Origin: Desulfomicrobium sp.
GTDB taxonomy: Bacteria; Desulfobacterota; Desulfovibrionia; Desulfovibrionales; Desulfomicrobiaceae
Direction: 5' to 3'
Assembly (NCBI GenBank): GCA_040768745.1
Contig: JAXGMI010000001.1
Span: 1,728,001 to 1,792,000, forward strand
Length of the DNA: 64,000 bases
Made by a program: the position numbers and the translations under genes. The notes below the pieces were generated by a model. That model worked only from the letters and a program-made list of their open reading frames with translations, did no database searches and had not been told where the DNA came from. This document shows positions 18,654 to 29,181 of the stretch, one piece after another. How positions within the stretch are numbered: the stretch's first letter is position 1; each line of letters opens with the position of its first letter.

Positions 18654-19961
18654 TCAAATATCTTGTATCTTGCAGATGTCGATGCGCATGTCTCGGGTTC
18701 TGGTCCAGGTTTCCAGTGCTTTCAGCGTGGCGGGATAGGGGTGGCCAATGGCGACTGCCAGACCGGTGCGGCGAGCCAGGGATTCGGCCTTTTGGAGTTG
18801 CAGGAGGATGGAATTCTCCTTCGGGGTGTTGTCCAGGAAGATGTGTCGCCGGAGATAGCGCATATGCAAGCGTTCAGAGATCTCGCGGACGCATCCTCCA
18901 GGGCCGGTCACGCTGTCCAGAAAGAATTTGCCGCGTCCCTTGAGATGGGAAAGGACGATGGTCATGGCCTGCTTGTCCCGCGTCAATCTGGAGCCCATGT
19001 GGTTGTTCACTCCATCCACCTCCGGCAGCCGGTTCAGGTTATCGACCAGCATCCGCTCCAGGGTGGCAGGGGACATGTTCGCGCGGAGCGTGCCAGGTCC
19101 GGAGTTGATCTTGGGGTAGCCTTCAGGTTCGCAGGGCAGATGCAGAAGCAGTTCGAGATTATTTTCCCGGCCGTGTTTGGCCACCTGCCTGGCCTTGGTG
19201 CTGTGCGGCAGGACCGAAAAGCTGACCGGAAAGGGGAGGTCCGCCAGACGCTTAGCCACATTCAGGCTTTCGCCCATGTCGTCGATCACAATGACTATTC
19301 TGGGGGCACGGGCCTCGGGCTTGATCGGTTCAGGTGGGATGGTCAGGGGGATGAATATGTGGTGGGTTGGTTCGCCCAGTACAGAGATTTCCAGGTCCCG
19401 CGGGTTATCGTTGACCGTGGCGAGGGTCGACTCCGGGGCAAGCAGGTGCAGGTTCCGCTTCAGTTCGGCGAGAAAGGGAAAAACATCCTGAGTCAGCCCG
19501 ATGGTCAGATTCTGATAAAAGAATTCCTGTCCGTCATGGAGGCGCGCTTCCACGGCCTTGTGCCGCATGGAATCACGGGGCTCGCCAAGAGCGGACAATG
19601 ATTCCAGGATTGCCATGTCGATCCTGCGGACCTTGGCCTCGAAATCGTACTTTTCGGCCTCGTAGACGAGGGGCGGAGTTCCCGCGTCCGATGGCTGCAC
19701 GGGTTGTTGCGTCTGAGCCGGGGGGGACGGAGGATGCGGTGGGCTTGCGTTTTCTGGGCCAGGGACTGCCTGTGGGGGGGGCGAGACAGGAGTCTGGACC
19801 GGGCTCTCCGCTTTGGGGGGAGTCGTCGCGGACTGGTGCATGAAGACAAAAAGTGTCAGTCCACCCAACAGGATGATCGCGATCCAGGCCAGAGCCCGGA
19901 ACAGGGATATCCTCGGAAATCCAGAGGAGGATCTCCTTTTTGTATGTTTTTTCGGCGGCAT
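18654..19961 (-). CDS. Divergent polysaccharide deacetylase (YibQ family)
   Basis: IVIDDMG, HLPCEP, NNHMGS, FLDS, FLDN, AIGHP; N-terminal TM and Pro-rich linker. Confidence 0.88.
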   Translation of the reverse strand: MPPKKHTKRRSSSGFPRISLFRALAWIAIILLGGLTLFVFMHQSATTPPKAESPVQTPVSPPPQAVPGPENASPPHPPSPPAQTQQPVQPSDAGTPPLVYEAEKYDFEAKVRRIDMAILESLSALGEPRDSMRHKAVEARLHDGQEFFYQNLTIGLTQDVFPFLAELKRNLHLLAPESTLATVNDNPRDLEISVLGEPTHHIFIPLTIPPEPIKPEARAPRIVIVIDDMGESLNVAKRLADLPFPVSFSVLPHSTKARQVAKHGRENNLELLLHLPCEPEGYPKINSGPGTLRANMSPATLERMLVDNLNRLPEVDGVNNHMGSRLTRDKQAMTIVLSHLKGRGKFFLDSVTGPGGCVREISERLHMRYLRRHIFLDNTPKENSILLQLQKAESLARRTGLAVAIGHPYPATLKALETWTRTRDMRIDICKIQDI

Positions 19962-20004
19962 GGCATCAGGCTGCCGGGACGGCCCAGGCCGTCCCGGTCA
20001 TGAT

Positions 20005-21273
20005 TCAGTTGGAAATCTGCATGAAGCGGGGCAGGGATTTGACAAGGCTCAAGCCCATGCGGAGCTGATTGTCCTTGGCCAGAATCTCCTTGGCGTCCTC
20101 GGTCTTGATTGCGGCCGAAAAATCTCCGTTGGGGTTGTCGAGATGCTTGGACAGGTTGGCCTCCCGGAAGTTCGCCTTGTCCCCCTCTTCCGTGGGGGGG
20201 ACGAAGGGGATGTCCACGTCGGGTTCAATGCCTTCGGCCTGGATGGAGCGTCCGTTGGGTGTGTAGTAAAGGGCAATAGTCAGTTTGACCGCGGAGCCGT
20301 CGGACAGCGGCATGATGGTCTGGACCGAGCCCTTGCCGAAGGTCCGCTCGCCAATTAGAATGGCCCGTTTACGATCCTGCAGGGCCCCAGCCACGATTTC
20401 CGAGGCTGACGCAGAACCGGCATTGATAAGTACCACCACCGGGCAGTTCACGTCCGTGGCCTGTCTGCTGGCCGTTTCGTCTTTGCGGCTCTTGGGATCC
20501 CGCCCCTGGGTGTAGACGATGAGGCCATCCCGTAAAAACGTGTCGGTCACGGAGATGGCCTGATTCAATAACCCGCCTGGATTGTTGCGCAGGTCCAGGA
20601 CAATGCCTTTGAGTTCGGTGGATGTCGCGTATTCCTGCAACTTGCGATGCAGGTCTTCCGTGGTGTTTGCCTTGAAATCAGTCAGACGGACGTGCAGATA
20701 GCCGGGTTCGAGTTCCTTGGTCTTGACGCTGATGAGCGGAATCAGCCCGCGGATGATGGTCACCTTTTCAGGGGTCTGAGAGTCCTTATGCAGGATGGTC
20801 AGTGTCACGGGTTTGCCTTTGGGACCGCGGATCTTGGCCACAGCGTCTTCCAGGGATGTGTCCAGGGCAGATTCACCGTCAATCTCCACGATGATGTCGC
20901 CGGGCTTGAGCCCGGCCTTGTCTGCAGGCGTGTCCTCGATGGGCGCGATGACGGTCAGACGTTTGTCCCGCACCCCGATCTGGATGCCTATCCCACCGAA
21001 TTCGCCCTGGAATTCCTCCTGCATCATTTTGAATTTCTCCAGGTCGATGTAGGTGGAGTGGGGATCGATGGAGTTGAGCATGCCCTGGATGGCCCCATGG
21101 ATCAGATCGGTGCGATTCACTTCCTGCACGTAGTTTTTTTCAATCAGGTCGAGGACCTGGCTGAATTGTTTGAGAGCCTGAAATTGGTCCGTATCACGGG
21201 CTTGACTGGAAGAGACCGTGCCGCAAAGGCCGACCAGAAGAATCAGCGTGCCAAGAAGGCGACTAAGGCGCAT
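20005..21273 (-). CDS. ctpA: C-terminal processing protease, S41 family
   Basis: DPHS, PDZ (FGGIGI), DLRNNPGG, SASASEIVAGAL, TFGKGSVQ. Confidence 0.92.
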   Translation of the reverse strand: MRLSRLLGTLILLVGLCGTVSSSQARDTDQFQALKQFSQVLDLIEKNYVQEVNRTDLIHGAIQGMLNSIDPHSTYIDLEKFKMMQEEFQGEFGGIGIQIGVRDKRLTVIAPIEDTPADKAGLKPGDIIVEIDGESALDTSLEDAVAKIRGPKGKPVTLTILHKDSQTPEKVTIIRGLIPLISVKTKELEPGYLHVRLTDFKANTTEDLHRKLQEYATSTELKGIVLDLRNNPGGLLNQAISVTDTFLRDGLIVYTQGRDPKSRKDETASRQATDVNCPVVVLINAGSASASEIVAGALQDRKRAILIGERTFGKGSVQTIMPLSDGSAVKLTIALYYTPNGRSIQAEGIEPDVDIPFVPPTEEGDKANFREANLSKHLDNPNGDFSAAIKTEDAKEILAKDNQLRMGLSLVKSLPRFMQISN

Positions 21274-21370
21274 GATGTCCCCCCTTAGGGAATGACGTAA
21301 AGAATTAGATTTCACTTGAAAATTCCGGACTGCTCACAGTGCGGGAACTGGGCACCATGGTTTCCTCTTC

Positions 21371-22492
21371 CTAGCCCGATTGTAACCATTTCAGCGGATT
21401 AATGGCTTTCTGCTTAAAACGCAATTCGAAATACAGCCCGTCACCCTTGGCCGGTGGATAGTATCCGCAGACTCCGATCTGCTGCCCGCGTTCCACTTCC
21501 TTGCCGACCGGAAGCGGCGCATCGGACAGGAAGGCATAAAGCGAGTAGTAGTCCTCGCCATGGAAAACGATGACCACTTGGCCAAAGCCGCGCAATTGGT
21601 CGTTGTGTACGACCTTGCCCCACGAGATGCTGCGTACGGGCGCGCCTGGTGTCAGGGACAGGCCAATGCCGTTGCTCCCAGGCTTGGCATCCGGAGCAAA
21701 GGGGACGATGGTCCGGCCTTTGGCAGGCCAACTGAGTTGACCCTGAAGTTTGGAGATCTGCCGCGATGCCTGCAGGCTGATCTGGTGGCGCAGACTGGCA
21801 ATGGTCCCCAGGAGGTTCCGGATCTCCCGTTCACTCTGGACCTTTTGGGAGCGGACCTCCTTGATCTGGCTGTCATACTGCTTTTTTTTCTTTTCCAGGT
21901 CAGTTCGCGTGGCCTTGGCATTTTCCATCTGGGCCGCGACATTGGCCGCGATCTGGTCCAGGGCTGACTGCTGGTCAGCCACCTCCTGGGTCTGGCGCTC
22001 GATGTCCCCCCGTATCCGCTGGGCCTCCCGGTACATGGACGCGAGCCATTCCCCTTTGCGGTCGTTCAGGGACCATTGCTCGGGTGCAGCGACGCCTTCC
22101 TCTCTGGCCTTGAGATAGATGGGCCACAGGGTCTGCAGAAGCTCTTCCAATTGCCTGCCGGTTTTCTCGCGCTCTGCCAACAGCAGGTTCAGATGCTTGG
22201 CGGTCTCGACCTGCTTCGCCCTGAGTTGGGTCAGTTCCGTCTCCTGCCGCTGCAGGGTTGCGGTTGCTTCCTGGACTGAAGTTTCCAACTGCACCAAGTT
22301 CTTGTGTAATCGGCGTTCCTCGTCGGTCAGGGCCTGGATCTGACGTTTCTGTTCCGCCAGCTCTTTGTTTTTGCGGGCCACTTCCTCTTCCAACGAAGCC
22401 GAGGAAGGTCCTGCGCCAAGAATCAGGCCGGCCAGCATGATCAGGCAGAGACCGCAAAAGTGAACGATGGAGCGGGGCGAGGGGCTGCGCAT
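21371..22492 (-). CDS. envC: Murein hydrolase activator EnvC-like (coiled coil plus degenerate M23)
   Basis: Signal/TM, long coiled coil, LSWPAKG, LRGFGQVVIVFHG, LYFELR; start uncertain (22492 or 22537). Confidence 0.82.
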   Translation of the reverse strand: MRSPSPRSIVHFCGLCLIMLAGLILGAGPSSASLEEEVARKNKELAEQKRQIQALTDEERRLHKNLVQLETSVQEATATLQRQETELTQLRAKQVETAKHLNLLLAEREKTGRQLEELLQTLWPIYLKAREEGVAAPEQWSLNDRKGEWLASMYREAQRIRGDIERQTQEVADQQSALDQIAANVAAQMENAKATRTDLEKKKKQYDSQIKEVRSQKVQSEREIRNLLGTIASLRHQISLQASRQISKLQGQLSWPAKGRTIVPFAPDAKPGSNGIGLSLTPGAPVRSISWGKVVHNDQLRGFGQVVIVFHGEDYYSLYAFLSDAPLPVGKEVERGQQIGVCGYYPPAKGDGLYFELRFKQKAINPLKWLQSG

Positions 22493-22538
22493 GGGTTGGG
22501 GATGATGTTTTTTGCAGCCCAGGTCAAGAGGCCGCATG

Positions 22539-23189
22539 CTAACCCAGAAAGCGGGACAGGGGACAGGAGGGGCATTTCCCTTCTTTTCTGGCGCACCATG
22601 CCTTGCCGACTCGAACGATGAGGGCGTGGAATTCGTTGAACAGCGCGGCATCCGCCGGGAGCGCATCCATGAAGAAGTCCCGCAGCTCGTCATATCCGAT
22701 GTCCTCGGGAACAAGGGAATGCCGGTTCAGGATGCGCTTGGTGTAGGCATCCACCACAAAGGATGGGAGGCCCAGGGCGTAGAGCAGGATGGAATCGGCC
22801 GTTTCGGGTCCGATGCCCTGAACTTGGAGCAGCCGGTCGCGTAATGAGGCCATGTCCTCATGACGGAGCCGGTCCAGGTCCATGGCGCAGGACACGGACA
22901 GGAAGTCGAGAAAGTGCCGGATGCGCTGGGCCTTCAGTCTGAAGAATCCAGACGGGCGGATCAATTCCTCCAGCCTGTCTAGGGGTAAGGCATAAAGGGC
23001 TTCTGCCTCCAGAAGGTCGGCCTGTCGCAGGTTGGCAATGGCCTTCTCGACGTTGGCCCAGGCAGTGTTCTGGGTCAGGATGGCGCCCAGCATGATTTCG
23101 AAGGTGGTCTGGCCCGGCCACCACTGGCTCGGCCCCAGTTCCTCCAGCATGGCCGCATGATAGCGCATGAGGAGGTCTTGGCGCTTCAT
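22539..23189 (-). CDS. HhH-GPD / endonuclease III-related DNA glycosylase
   Basis: GAILTQNTAW, IRPSGF, GIGPETADSILLY, VVDAY, C-terminal Cys cluster. Confidence 0.88.
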   Translation of the reverse strand: MKRQDLLMRYHAAMLEELGPSQWWPGQTTFEIMLGAILTQNTAWANVEKAIANLRQADLLEAEALYALPLDRLEELIRPSGFFRLKAQRIRHFLDFLSVSCAMDLDRLRHEDMASLRDRLLQVQGIGPETADSILLYALGLPSFVVDAYTKRILNRHSLVPEDIGYDELRDFFMDALPADAALFNEFHALIVRVGKAWCARKEGKCPSCPLSRFLG

Positions 23190-24040
23190 GTCCGAAAGAC
23201 GAGCAGGGCCCATTCGCCCGAGAACGAGATGTCGGGGGCGGAGAGCCCCTGGACCGTATAGGCAGAGGCGACGCGGTCGGCCTGCTCGCGCAGGATGCCC
23301 GAGAGGACGAGAACGCCGGGGGAGGCCAGGCGGGCGGCGATGTCCTCGGCCAGGTCGATGAGGGGGTTGGCCAGGATGTTGGCCAGGATGCAGTCGAAAC
23401 GCCGTCCGGGGGCAACGGCGTCGATGCTCCCGGCGTCGAGTTCGAGCCGGTCCTCCACGGAGTTCAGGGCCGCGTTCTCGCGGGCGTTGTCCACGGCCAC
23501 GGGGTCGATGTCCAGGCCCAGCCCGGAGAGGCCCAGCTTGGCGGCGGCGATGCCGAGGATTCCCGAGCCCGTACCCAGGTCCAGAAAGGACTGACCAGGG
23601 AGGATGACTCCCTCAGACGACAGTCGGTCCAGGGCGCCCAGGCACAGGGCCGTGGTCTGGTGGTGCCCCGTACCGAAGGCCATTTTGGGTTCGATGACAA
23701 TGGGCTGCGCGCCCTGCGGCTCATCCCTGAGCCAGGACGGCACGACCACGAAGCGAGATCCGATGGGGATGGGCGTGAAATACTTCTTCCAGGCGCTGCC
23801 CCAGTCGGCGTTGTCCTCGGAAGAGGTTTGCAGGACGATTGCCGGACAGGCGTCCAGCAGAGCGGCCTCGGTTTCGGCCGACTGCTCGGGCCGGCCGAAG
23901 TGCACGGTCAGCCGACGCAGGCCGTCCCGCAGCCCGTTGTCCTGCCAGCCCCACGGCGTATGCAGGTAGAGGGTCGCGGTGACGGTGTCATCCAACTCGG
24001 GGTCGAAGGAGATGTCGAGGCGGGTGAGCTTATTTTCCAT
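23186..24040 (-). CDS. prmA: Ribosomal protein L11 methyltransferase
   Basis: EPKMAFGTGHHQTT, DLGTGSGIL, DIDPVAV, ANILA, SGIL. Confidence 0.92.
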   Translation of the reverse strand: MENKLTRLDISFDPELDDTVTATLYLHTPWGWQDNGLRDGLRRLTVHFGRPEQSAETEAALLDACPAIVLQTSSEDNADWGSAWKKYFTPIPIGSRFVVVPSWLRDEPQGAQPIVIEPKMAFGTGHHQTTALCLGALDRLSSEGVILPGQSFLDLGTGSGILGIAAAKLGLSGLGLDIDPVAVDNARENAALNSVEDRLELDAGSIDAVAPGRRFDCILANILANPLIDLAEDIAARLASPGVLVLSGILREQADRVASAYTVQGLSAPDISFSGEWALLVFRT

Positions 24041-24767
24041 CAGTTCTGGCCTGATAGCGGGACATGGTCCGTTCGAGCCTGCGGCTGAAGGCCGTCAGCA
24101 CCCAGCAGATGATGAAATACAGGAGCGCGATGGCCAGGAAGATCTCCATCGGCGCTTTCATGGTCCGCGTGTAGATATGCCGGGCCGAGAGGGTCAACTC
24201 GTTGACGTTGATGATCATGGCCAGGGACGTGTCCTTGGTCAGGGACACGAACTGATTGACGAAGGATGGAATCATGTTCCGCAAGGCCTGGGGCAGGATG
24301 ATATGCACCATGGTCTGGGTGTGGGACAGGCCCGATCCGCGGGCGGCCTCGGTCTGTCCCTTGGGAATGGCCAGGACGCCGGCACGAACGATCTCGGCTA
24401 CATAGGCGCCGGTGAAGACGATGAAGGCCGCGATGGCGCTCTCGGTCTCGGGCACGGCGTGGCCCATGAGGATGGGGGCGAAAAAATAAAACCAGAAGAT
24501 GACCATCAGGAGCGGCGTGCCACGGATGACCTCGATGTAGAAAAGCGCCGGCCAGGACATCCAACGCCGCCTGGACAGGCGCATGAGGCCGGCGGCCAGA
24601 CCGATCCAGAAAGCGCCGAAAATGCCAACCACGGCCATGATGATACTCATGGCCAAGCCTCCCAGGGGGCCCTGGGGGTAGGCGCCGAAGAGCAGGTAGT
24701 CGAAATTTTTCCAGACCACACCCCAGTTGGAGAAGAGGCCGACAAACCAAGTCACGAACCCGTCCAT
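24030..24767 (-). CDS. Polar amino-acid ABC transporter permease
   Basis: IRGTPLL, AEIVRAG, GQTEAA, KDTSL. Confidence 0.92.
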   Translation of the reverse strand: MDGFVTWFVGLFSNWGVVWKNFDYLLFGAYPQGPLGGLAMSIIMAVVGIFGAFWIGLAAGLMRLSRRRWMSWPALFYIEVIRGTPLLMVIFWFYFFAPILMGHAVPETESAIAAFIVFTGAYVAEIVRAGVLAIPKGQTEAARGSGLSHTQTMVHIILPQALRNMIPSFVNQFVSLTKDTSLAMIINVNELTLSARHIYTRTMKAPMEIFLAIALLYFIICWVLTAFSRRLERTMSRYQARTDGK

Positions 24768-24776
24768 GTCTCTCTC

Positions 24777-25478
24777 CTACTGGCTGCGCATGTGCAGGCA
24801 GCGTTTGTTGTACTGGTTGATGGCCAGGGAAATCAGGAGGGACAGGGACAGGTACATCAGCGTCGAGACGGTGAAGGCCTCGAAACCGTGGAAGGTGTGC
24901 GCCTCGACCTGGCGGGCCATGTAGGTCAGCTCCATGACTCCGATGGTCATGGCCAGGGAGGAGTTCTTGATGAGGTTGAGGAACTGGCTGATGAGCGGCG
25001 GGATGATGATCCGGAAGGCCTGGGGCAGGATGACGTAGCCCATGGCCTGCAGGAAGGTCAGACCCGTGGCCCGGGAGGCCTCCAGCTGGGTCTTGGGGAT
25101 GGACAGGATGCCCGAGCGCAGTTCCTCGGCGATAAAGGCCGCGGTATAGGTGGACAAGGCGATGACCCCGGTGGCGAATTCGATGTTCTGCCTGTACAGC
25201 CATTCCTTGAAGAAGCCCGGCAGGATGGGGTCCGATCCGAAGTACCAGAAGAAAATCTGGACCACCAGGGGCGTGTTGCGGAAGAATTCGATATAGCCCA
25301 CCGAGAACCAGACCAGGGGTTTGACCCTGGACATGCGCAGGACCGTGAGCAGCGTGCCAATGAGCAGGGCCAGGACGACGGACAGCCCTGAGATCTGCAG
25401 GGTCACGGACAGTCCGTCGATGAACCATTGCGAGTATTCGCCGGAAAAGATGAGTGGCCAGTTGAACTTGTAATTCAT
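24777..25478 (-). CDS. Polar amino-acid ABC transporter permease
   Basis: FRNTPL, AEELRSG, QLEAS, KNSSL. Confidence 0.92.
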   Translation of the reverse strand: MNYKFNWPLIFSGEYSQWFIDGLSVTLQISGLSVVLALLIGTLLTVLRMSRVKPLVWFSVGYIEFFRNTPLVVQIFFWYFGSDPILPGFFKEWLYRQNIEFATGVIALSTYTAAFIAEELRSGILSIPKTQLEASRATGLTFLQAMGYVILPQAFRIIIPPLISQFLNLIKNSSLAMTIGVMELTYMARQVEAHTFHGFEAFTVSTLMYLSLSLLISLAINQYNKRCLHMRSQ

Positions 25479-25512
25479 GCGCGCCTGTGCGGGTCTCGGA
25501 GTGCTCGTGGGC

Positions 25513-25542
25513 AGGCGGCCGCCCCCCGGGGAGCGGCCGTCT
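25513..25542 (-). other. Intercistronic GC-rich hairpin after the substrate-binding gene
   Basis: GACGGCCGCTCCC-CG-GGGGGCGGCCGCC with no U-tract; likely an mRNA-stabilising stem. Confidence 0.5.
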
Positions 25543-25556
25543 TGTCGGATTGCTGT

Positions 25557-26381
25557 TTAGGGCCAGACTTCCATGGTCCAGTCATTCAGCGGAAGGTAGA
25601 ATTTGGTCTTCTCGCCGAACCACTTGTCGTACAGCTTCTGATATTCGCCGGACTTCCACATCTCCATGAGGGTGATGTTGACGAAGTCGCGGAAATCGGA
25701 GTCGTTCTCGGGCAGGCCGATGCCGTAGGGTTCGGCCGCGATGTGATCACCGACAATGGCGAAGTTGTCGGGATTCTCGTCGGAGTTGCGGATGCCGAGC
25801 AGGATGGGGGCGTCGGTGGTCACGGCCACGACCTTGCCCTGCTTCATGGCCAGGAAGGCCTCGGGGTAGGTTTCGAAGGAAACGACTTCGCAGGCGGGCT
25901 GGGCCTTTTTGATGTTCTGCTCGGAGGTGGAACCCTTGGCCGAGCCGACCTTCTTGCCGGCCAGATCGGCCACGGACTTGATGCCCGAGTCCTTCTTGAC
26001 CAGGAGCTTCTGGGTGGCCGGGAAATACGTGATGGAGAAGTCGATCTTTTCCTCGCGGTCGATCTTGTGGGTGACCGTGGCGGCGATGAGGTCGATGGCG
26101 CCCTGATCCAGCATGGGGATGCGGGTGGCGGAGGTCACGGGCTTGAGCTCGAGCTTCACGCCGAGCTTGGCGGCCAGGGCCGCGCAAAGGTCGGGCTCCA
26201 GGCCGACGATCTGCCGCGTGGCCTCGTCCACGTAGCCGAAGGGCGGCTGGGAGTCCTTGACGCCGGCTATCAGCGTCCCGCGGGCCTTGATGTCGTCCAG
26301 TTTGCCGGCGAATGCTCCGGGTAGGCTTAGGAAGAATGATGCGACGAGCATCAACAATGCCGCTTTCCACACTTTCTTCAT
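25557..26381 (-). CDS. Polar amino-acid ABC transporter substrate-binding protein (family 3)
   Basis: Signal peptide, PPFGY, RIPML, IDFSITYF, GSTSE, EPYGIG, YDKWF. Confidence 0.92.
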   Translation of the reverse strand: MKKVWKAALLMLVASFFLSLPGAFAGKLDDIKARGTLIAGVKDSQPPFGYVDEATRQIVGLEPDLCAALAAKLGVKLELKPVTSATRIPMLDQGAIDLIAATVTHKIDREEKIDFSITYFPATQKLLVKKDSGIKSVADLAGKKVGSAKGSTSEQNIKKAQPACEVVSFETYPEAFLAMKQGKVVAVTTDAPILLGIRNSDENPDNFAIVGDHIAAEPYGIGLPENDSDFRDFVNITLMEMWKSGEYQKLYDKWFGEKTKFYLPLNDWTMEVWP

Positions 26382-26412
26382 GACGATCTCCTCACGTTGC
26401 AGGTTTATGGGA

Positions 26413-27141
26413 CTAGAGAATCTCTCTCAGGAAGGCCTTGGTCCGTTCATGCTCCGGATTGGTGAAGAAATGTTCCGGGGTGCCACGCTCCAGGATCTCG
26501 CCGTGATCCATGAAGATGACCCTGTCGGCCACCTCGCGGGCGAAGCCCATTTCGTGGGTCACGCAGAGCATGGTCATGCCCTCGCGGGCCAGATTCTTCA
26601 TGACGTTCAGGACCTCGTTGATCATTTCCGGGTCCAGGGCCGAGGTGGGCTCGTCGAACAGCATGACCTGGGGCTGCATGGCCAGGGCCCGGGCAATGGC
26701 CACGCGCTGTTGCTGGCCGCCCGACAGTTCCACGGGGTACTTGTGGGCCTGGTTGCCGATGCCCACCCGTTCCAACAGGCGCAGAGCCGTCTTTTCGGCT
26801 TCGCCGCGGGAGACCTTTTTGACCTTCATGGGAGCCAAAGTGATGTTCTTCAGCACTGTCAGGTGAGGATAGAGGTTGAATTGCTGGAATACGATGCCGA
26901 TTTCGGCGCGCAGGGCGTTTAGATCCTGGGTTTTGTCCGTGACGTTCCGCCCGTTGATGATGATTTCGCCGTTGTTCACGTCCTCGAGGCGATTCACACA
27001 GCGCACGAGGGTGGACTTGCCGGAGCCGCTGGGGCCGCAGATGACCAGTACCTCTCCCTTCTCGACGGTCTCGTTGATGTTCTTGAGGACGTGAAAATCG
27101 CCGAACCATTTGTTGACATTGCGGAATTCGATCATGGGCAT
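26413..27141 (-). CDS. Polar amino-acid ABC transporter ATP-binding protein (GlnQ-like)
   Basis: [35 protein letters not shown]; start 27141 or 27135. Confidence 0.93.
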   Translation of the reverse strand: MPMIEFRNVNKWFGDFHVLKNINETVEKGEVLVICGPSGSGKSTLVRCVNRLEDVNNGEIIINGRNVTDKTQDLNALRAEIGIVFQQFNLYPHLTVLKNITLAPMKVKKVSRGEAEKTALRLLERVGIGNQAHKYPVELSGGQQQRVAIARALAMQPQVMLFDEPTSALDPEMINEVLNVMKNLAREGMTMLCVTHEMGFAREVADRVIFMDHGEILERGTPEHFFTNPEHERTKAFLREIL

Positions 27142-27350
27142 GCGGGGATCCTGTCTCGAATATGGTTGATGCTGTGTGACGATGCCCAGGGGCAACAATG
27201 GAGCAAAATCATTATTGGGCCATGGCGTTTTTGTCAAATCAGCCACATCTGCGGGGTTTGCTGCATTTTTGAGCATGTTCCCAGCTCTGCCGGACTGGCA
27301 GTGCATGCTGAAATATCATGCAGTTGTGGGCGGGCAAAGGTGCGTCAAGG

Positions 27351-27385
27351 AAGAAAAAGGCCGAGGGGGCGAAGCCCCTCGGCCT
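27351..27385 (-). terminator. Intrinsic terminator after dut-argD
   Basis: AGGCCGAGGGG-N6-CCCCTCGGCCT followed by TTTTCTT on the minus strand. Confidence 0.8.
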
Positions 27386-27406
27386 GCAAAGTGACAATTT
27401 TGGGAA

Positions 27407-28600
27407 TCAGGATTCAGCCAGGGTGGATTCCAGGGCCGATACGAAGGCGTTCAGCTCCTCCTCGGTGATGATCAGGGGAGGGAGCAGGCGCAAGACCGTG
27501 TCCTGAGTCAGGTTGAGGACAAAGCCCCTGTCGAGCAGGGATTTCCAGACCTCTGCTCCGGGGCGGGTAAGTTCGATGCCGATCATCAGCCCGTGCACGC
27601 GCACGTCGGCGATGCGCTCCGGAAACTTCTTCCAAACGGCCGCAAGTCTTCCCTGCAGGTGCTCGCCCATGCGGGATGCGTATCCACAGAGATCATCCCG
27701 CTCGATGATGTCGATGACCTTGGCCGCCACGGCGGCGATCAGGGGGTTGCCGCCAAAGGTCGTGCCATGGCTGCCGGGAGGGAAGCCTTTGGCCACCTCC
27801 TCGGAGCACATGACCGCGCCTATGGGGAGTCCGCCGGCCAGGCCTTTGGCCACTGTGACGATGTCGGGCCGCAGATCCAGATGCTGGTGTGCCCAGAATT
27901 TGCCGGTGCGGCCCACGCCTGTCTGGATCTCGTCAACGATCAACAGCACTCCCCGCTTGGCGCAGAGTTCGGCCAGGTCGCGGGCGTACTCGTCGGGCAG
28001 GGGCCTGACCCCGCCTTCGCCCTGGATCATTTCGACCAGTACGGCAGCGGTGCGGTCAGTGATGGCCGCCTTCATGTCCTCCATATTCCCGAAGGGCACG
28101 GTGACGAAGCCTGCGGGCAAGGGGCCGAAATTTTTTTTGATCTTGTCCTGGCCTGTGGCGGTCAGGGTGGCCAGGGTCCGGCCGTGAAAGGATCCGCCCA
28201 GACTGATGATCTCATAGCGATCTTCGCCCCGGCCTTCACGCATGTAGCGCCGGACCAGCTTGATGGCGCCTTCATTGGCTTCCGCCCCGGAATTGCAGAA
28301 AAAAACCCGATCGAGGTGCGTGGTGGCCAGAAGCTTACGGGCCAGAACGACCTGTTCTTCCTGGTAAAAGAGGTTGGAGACGTGGATGAGCTTTTGGGCC
28401 TGGGCCGCAATGGTCCGCACCAACTCCGGGTGGGCATGGCCGAGGCTGCAGACCGCGATCCCGGCCAGCAGATCCGTGTAAACCTGGCCTTCAGGGGAGA
28501 AGAGGCGGGTGCCTTCTCCGCGGCTGACGGCCAGAGGATAGCGGGCATAGGTTTGGCACAAGGTGGAGGCCTCTGCAGCCTTTATGTCAGCGCTGTTCAT
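27407..28600 (-). CDS. argD: Acetylornithine aminotransferase (class III PLP)
   Basis: HVSNLF, NSGAEANE, SFHGRT, DEIQTG.GRTG, AKGLAGG, HGTTFGGNP. Confidence 0.9.
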   Translation of the reverse strand: MNSADIKAAEASTLCQTYARYPLAVSRGEGTRLFSPEGQVYTDLLAGIAVCSLGHAHPELVRTIAAQAQKLIHVSNLFYQEEQVVLARKLLATTHLDRVFFCNSGAEANEGAIKLVRRYMREGRGEDRYEIISLGGSFHGRTLATLTATGQDKIKKNFGPLPAGFVTVPFGNMEDMKAAITDRTAAVLVEMIQGEGGVRPLPDEYARDLAELCAKRGVLLIVDEIQTGVGRTGKFWAHQHLDLRPDIVTVAKGLAGGLPIGAVMCSEEVAKGFPPGSHGTTFGGNPLIAAVAAKVIDIIERDDLCGYASRMGEHLQGRLAAVWKKFPERIADVRVHGLMIGIELTRPGAEVWKSLLDRGFVLNLTQDTVLRLLPPLIITEEELNAFVSALESTLAES

Positions 28601-28627
28601 GATCTTTCTCCTTGAAAATGCGAGATG

Positions 28628-29101
28628 TTATTTCCCGGTATGGCCGAATCCGCCGGACCCACGGAAGGTGTCTGACAGTGTTTCCACGGGCTCAATCTCA
28701 GCCCGGAGTATGGGTTGGAAAACGAGTTGGGCAATGCGCTGGCCACGACGGACGGTGCGTATTTCCCTCGAGGTGTTGAGCAGGCTGACCATGATTTCCC
28801 CCCGGTAGTCAGGATCAATGACCCCCACTCCCTGACTGACCACAAGCCCTTCCTTTGTGCCGAGGCCGCTTCGGGCATAGACAAAACCAGCCACTCCCGG
28901 CATCGTGCACTCAACGGCAATGCCCGTAGGGAAGCGATGACGCCCGCCCGGCGCGATGTGTATCTCCTCTTCAGCCATGCAGGCCCGCAGATCGATGCCA
29001 GCGGAGTCTGGCGTGGCATAGGCGAACCGTTCCGGAGGGCAGAGCGGGGACAAAAATCGGACTTTGACGGGTATGGAGAGGGTTCCGGACCAAGGGGGCA
29101 T
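28628..29101 (-). CDS. dut: dUTP diphosphatase
   Basis: AGIDL, RSGL, GVIDPDYRGEI, RIAQL, RGSGGFGHTG. Confidence 0.93.
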   Translation of the reverse strand: MPPWSGTLSIPVKVRFLSPLCPPERFAYATPDSAGIDLRACMAEEEIHIAPGGRHRFPTGIAVECTMPGVAGFVYARSGLGTKEGLVVSQGVGVIDPDYRGEIMVSLLNTSREIRTVRRGQRIAQLVFQPILRAEIEPVETLSDTFRGSGGFGHTGK

Positions 29102-29181
29102 TTTTTCTCCTTGTCATGTTCGCTTCTGCTCGCGAGGCTGGTGTCGGGAATTGCCCGTGTTCATCCATTAAAGGGGGATTT

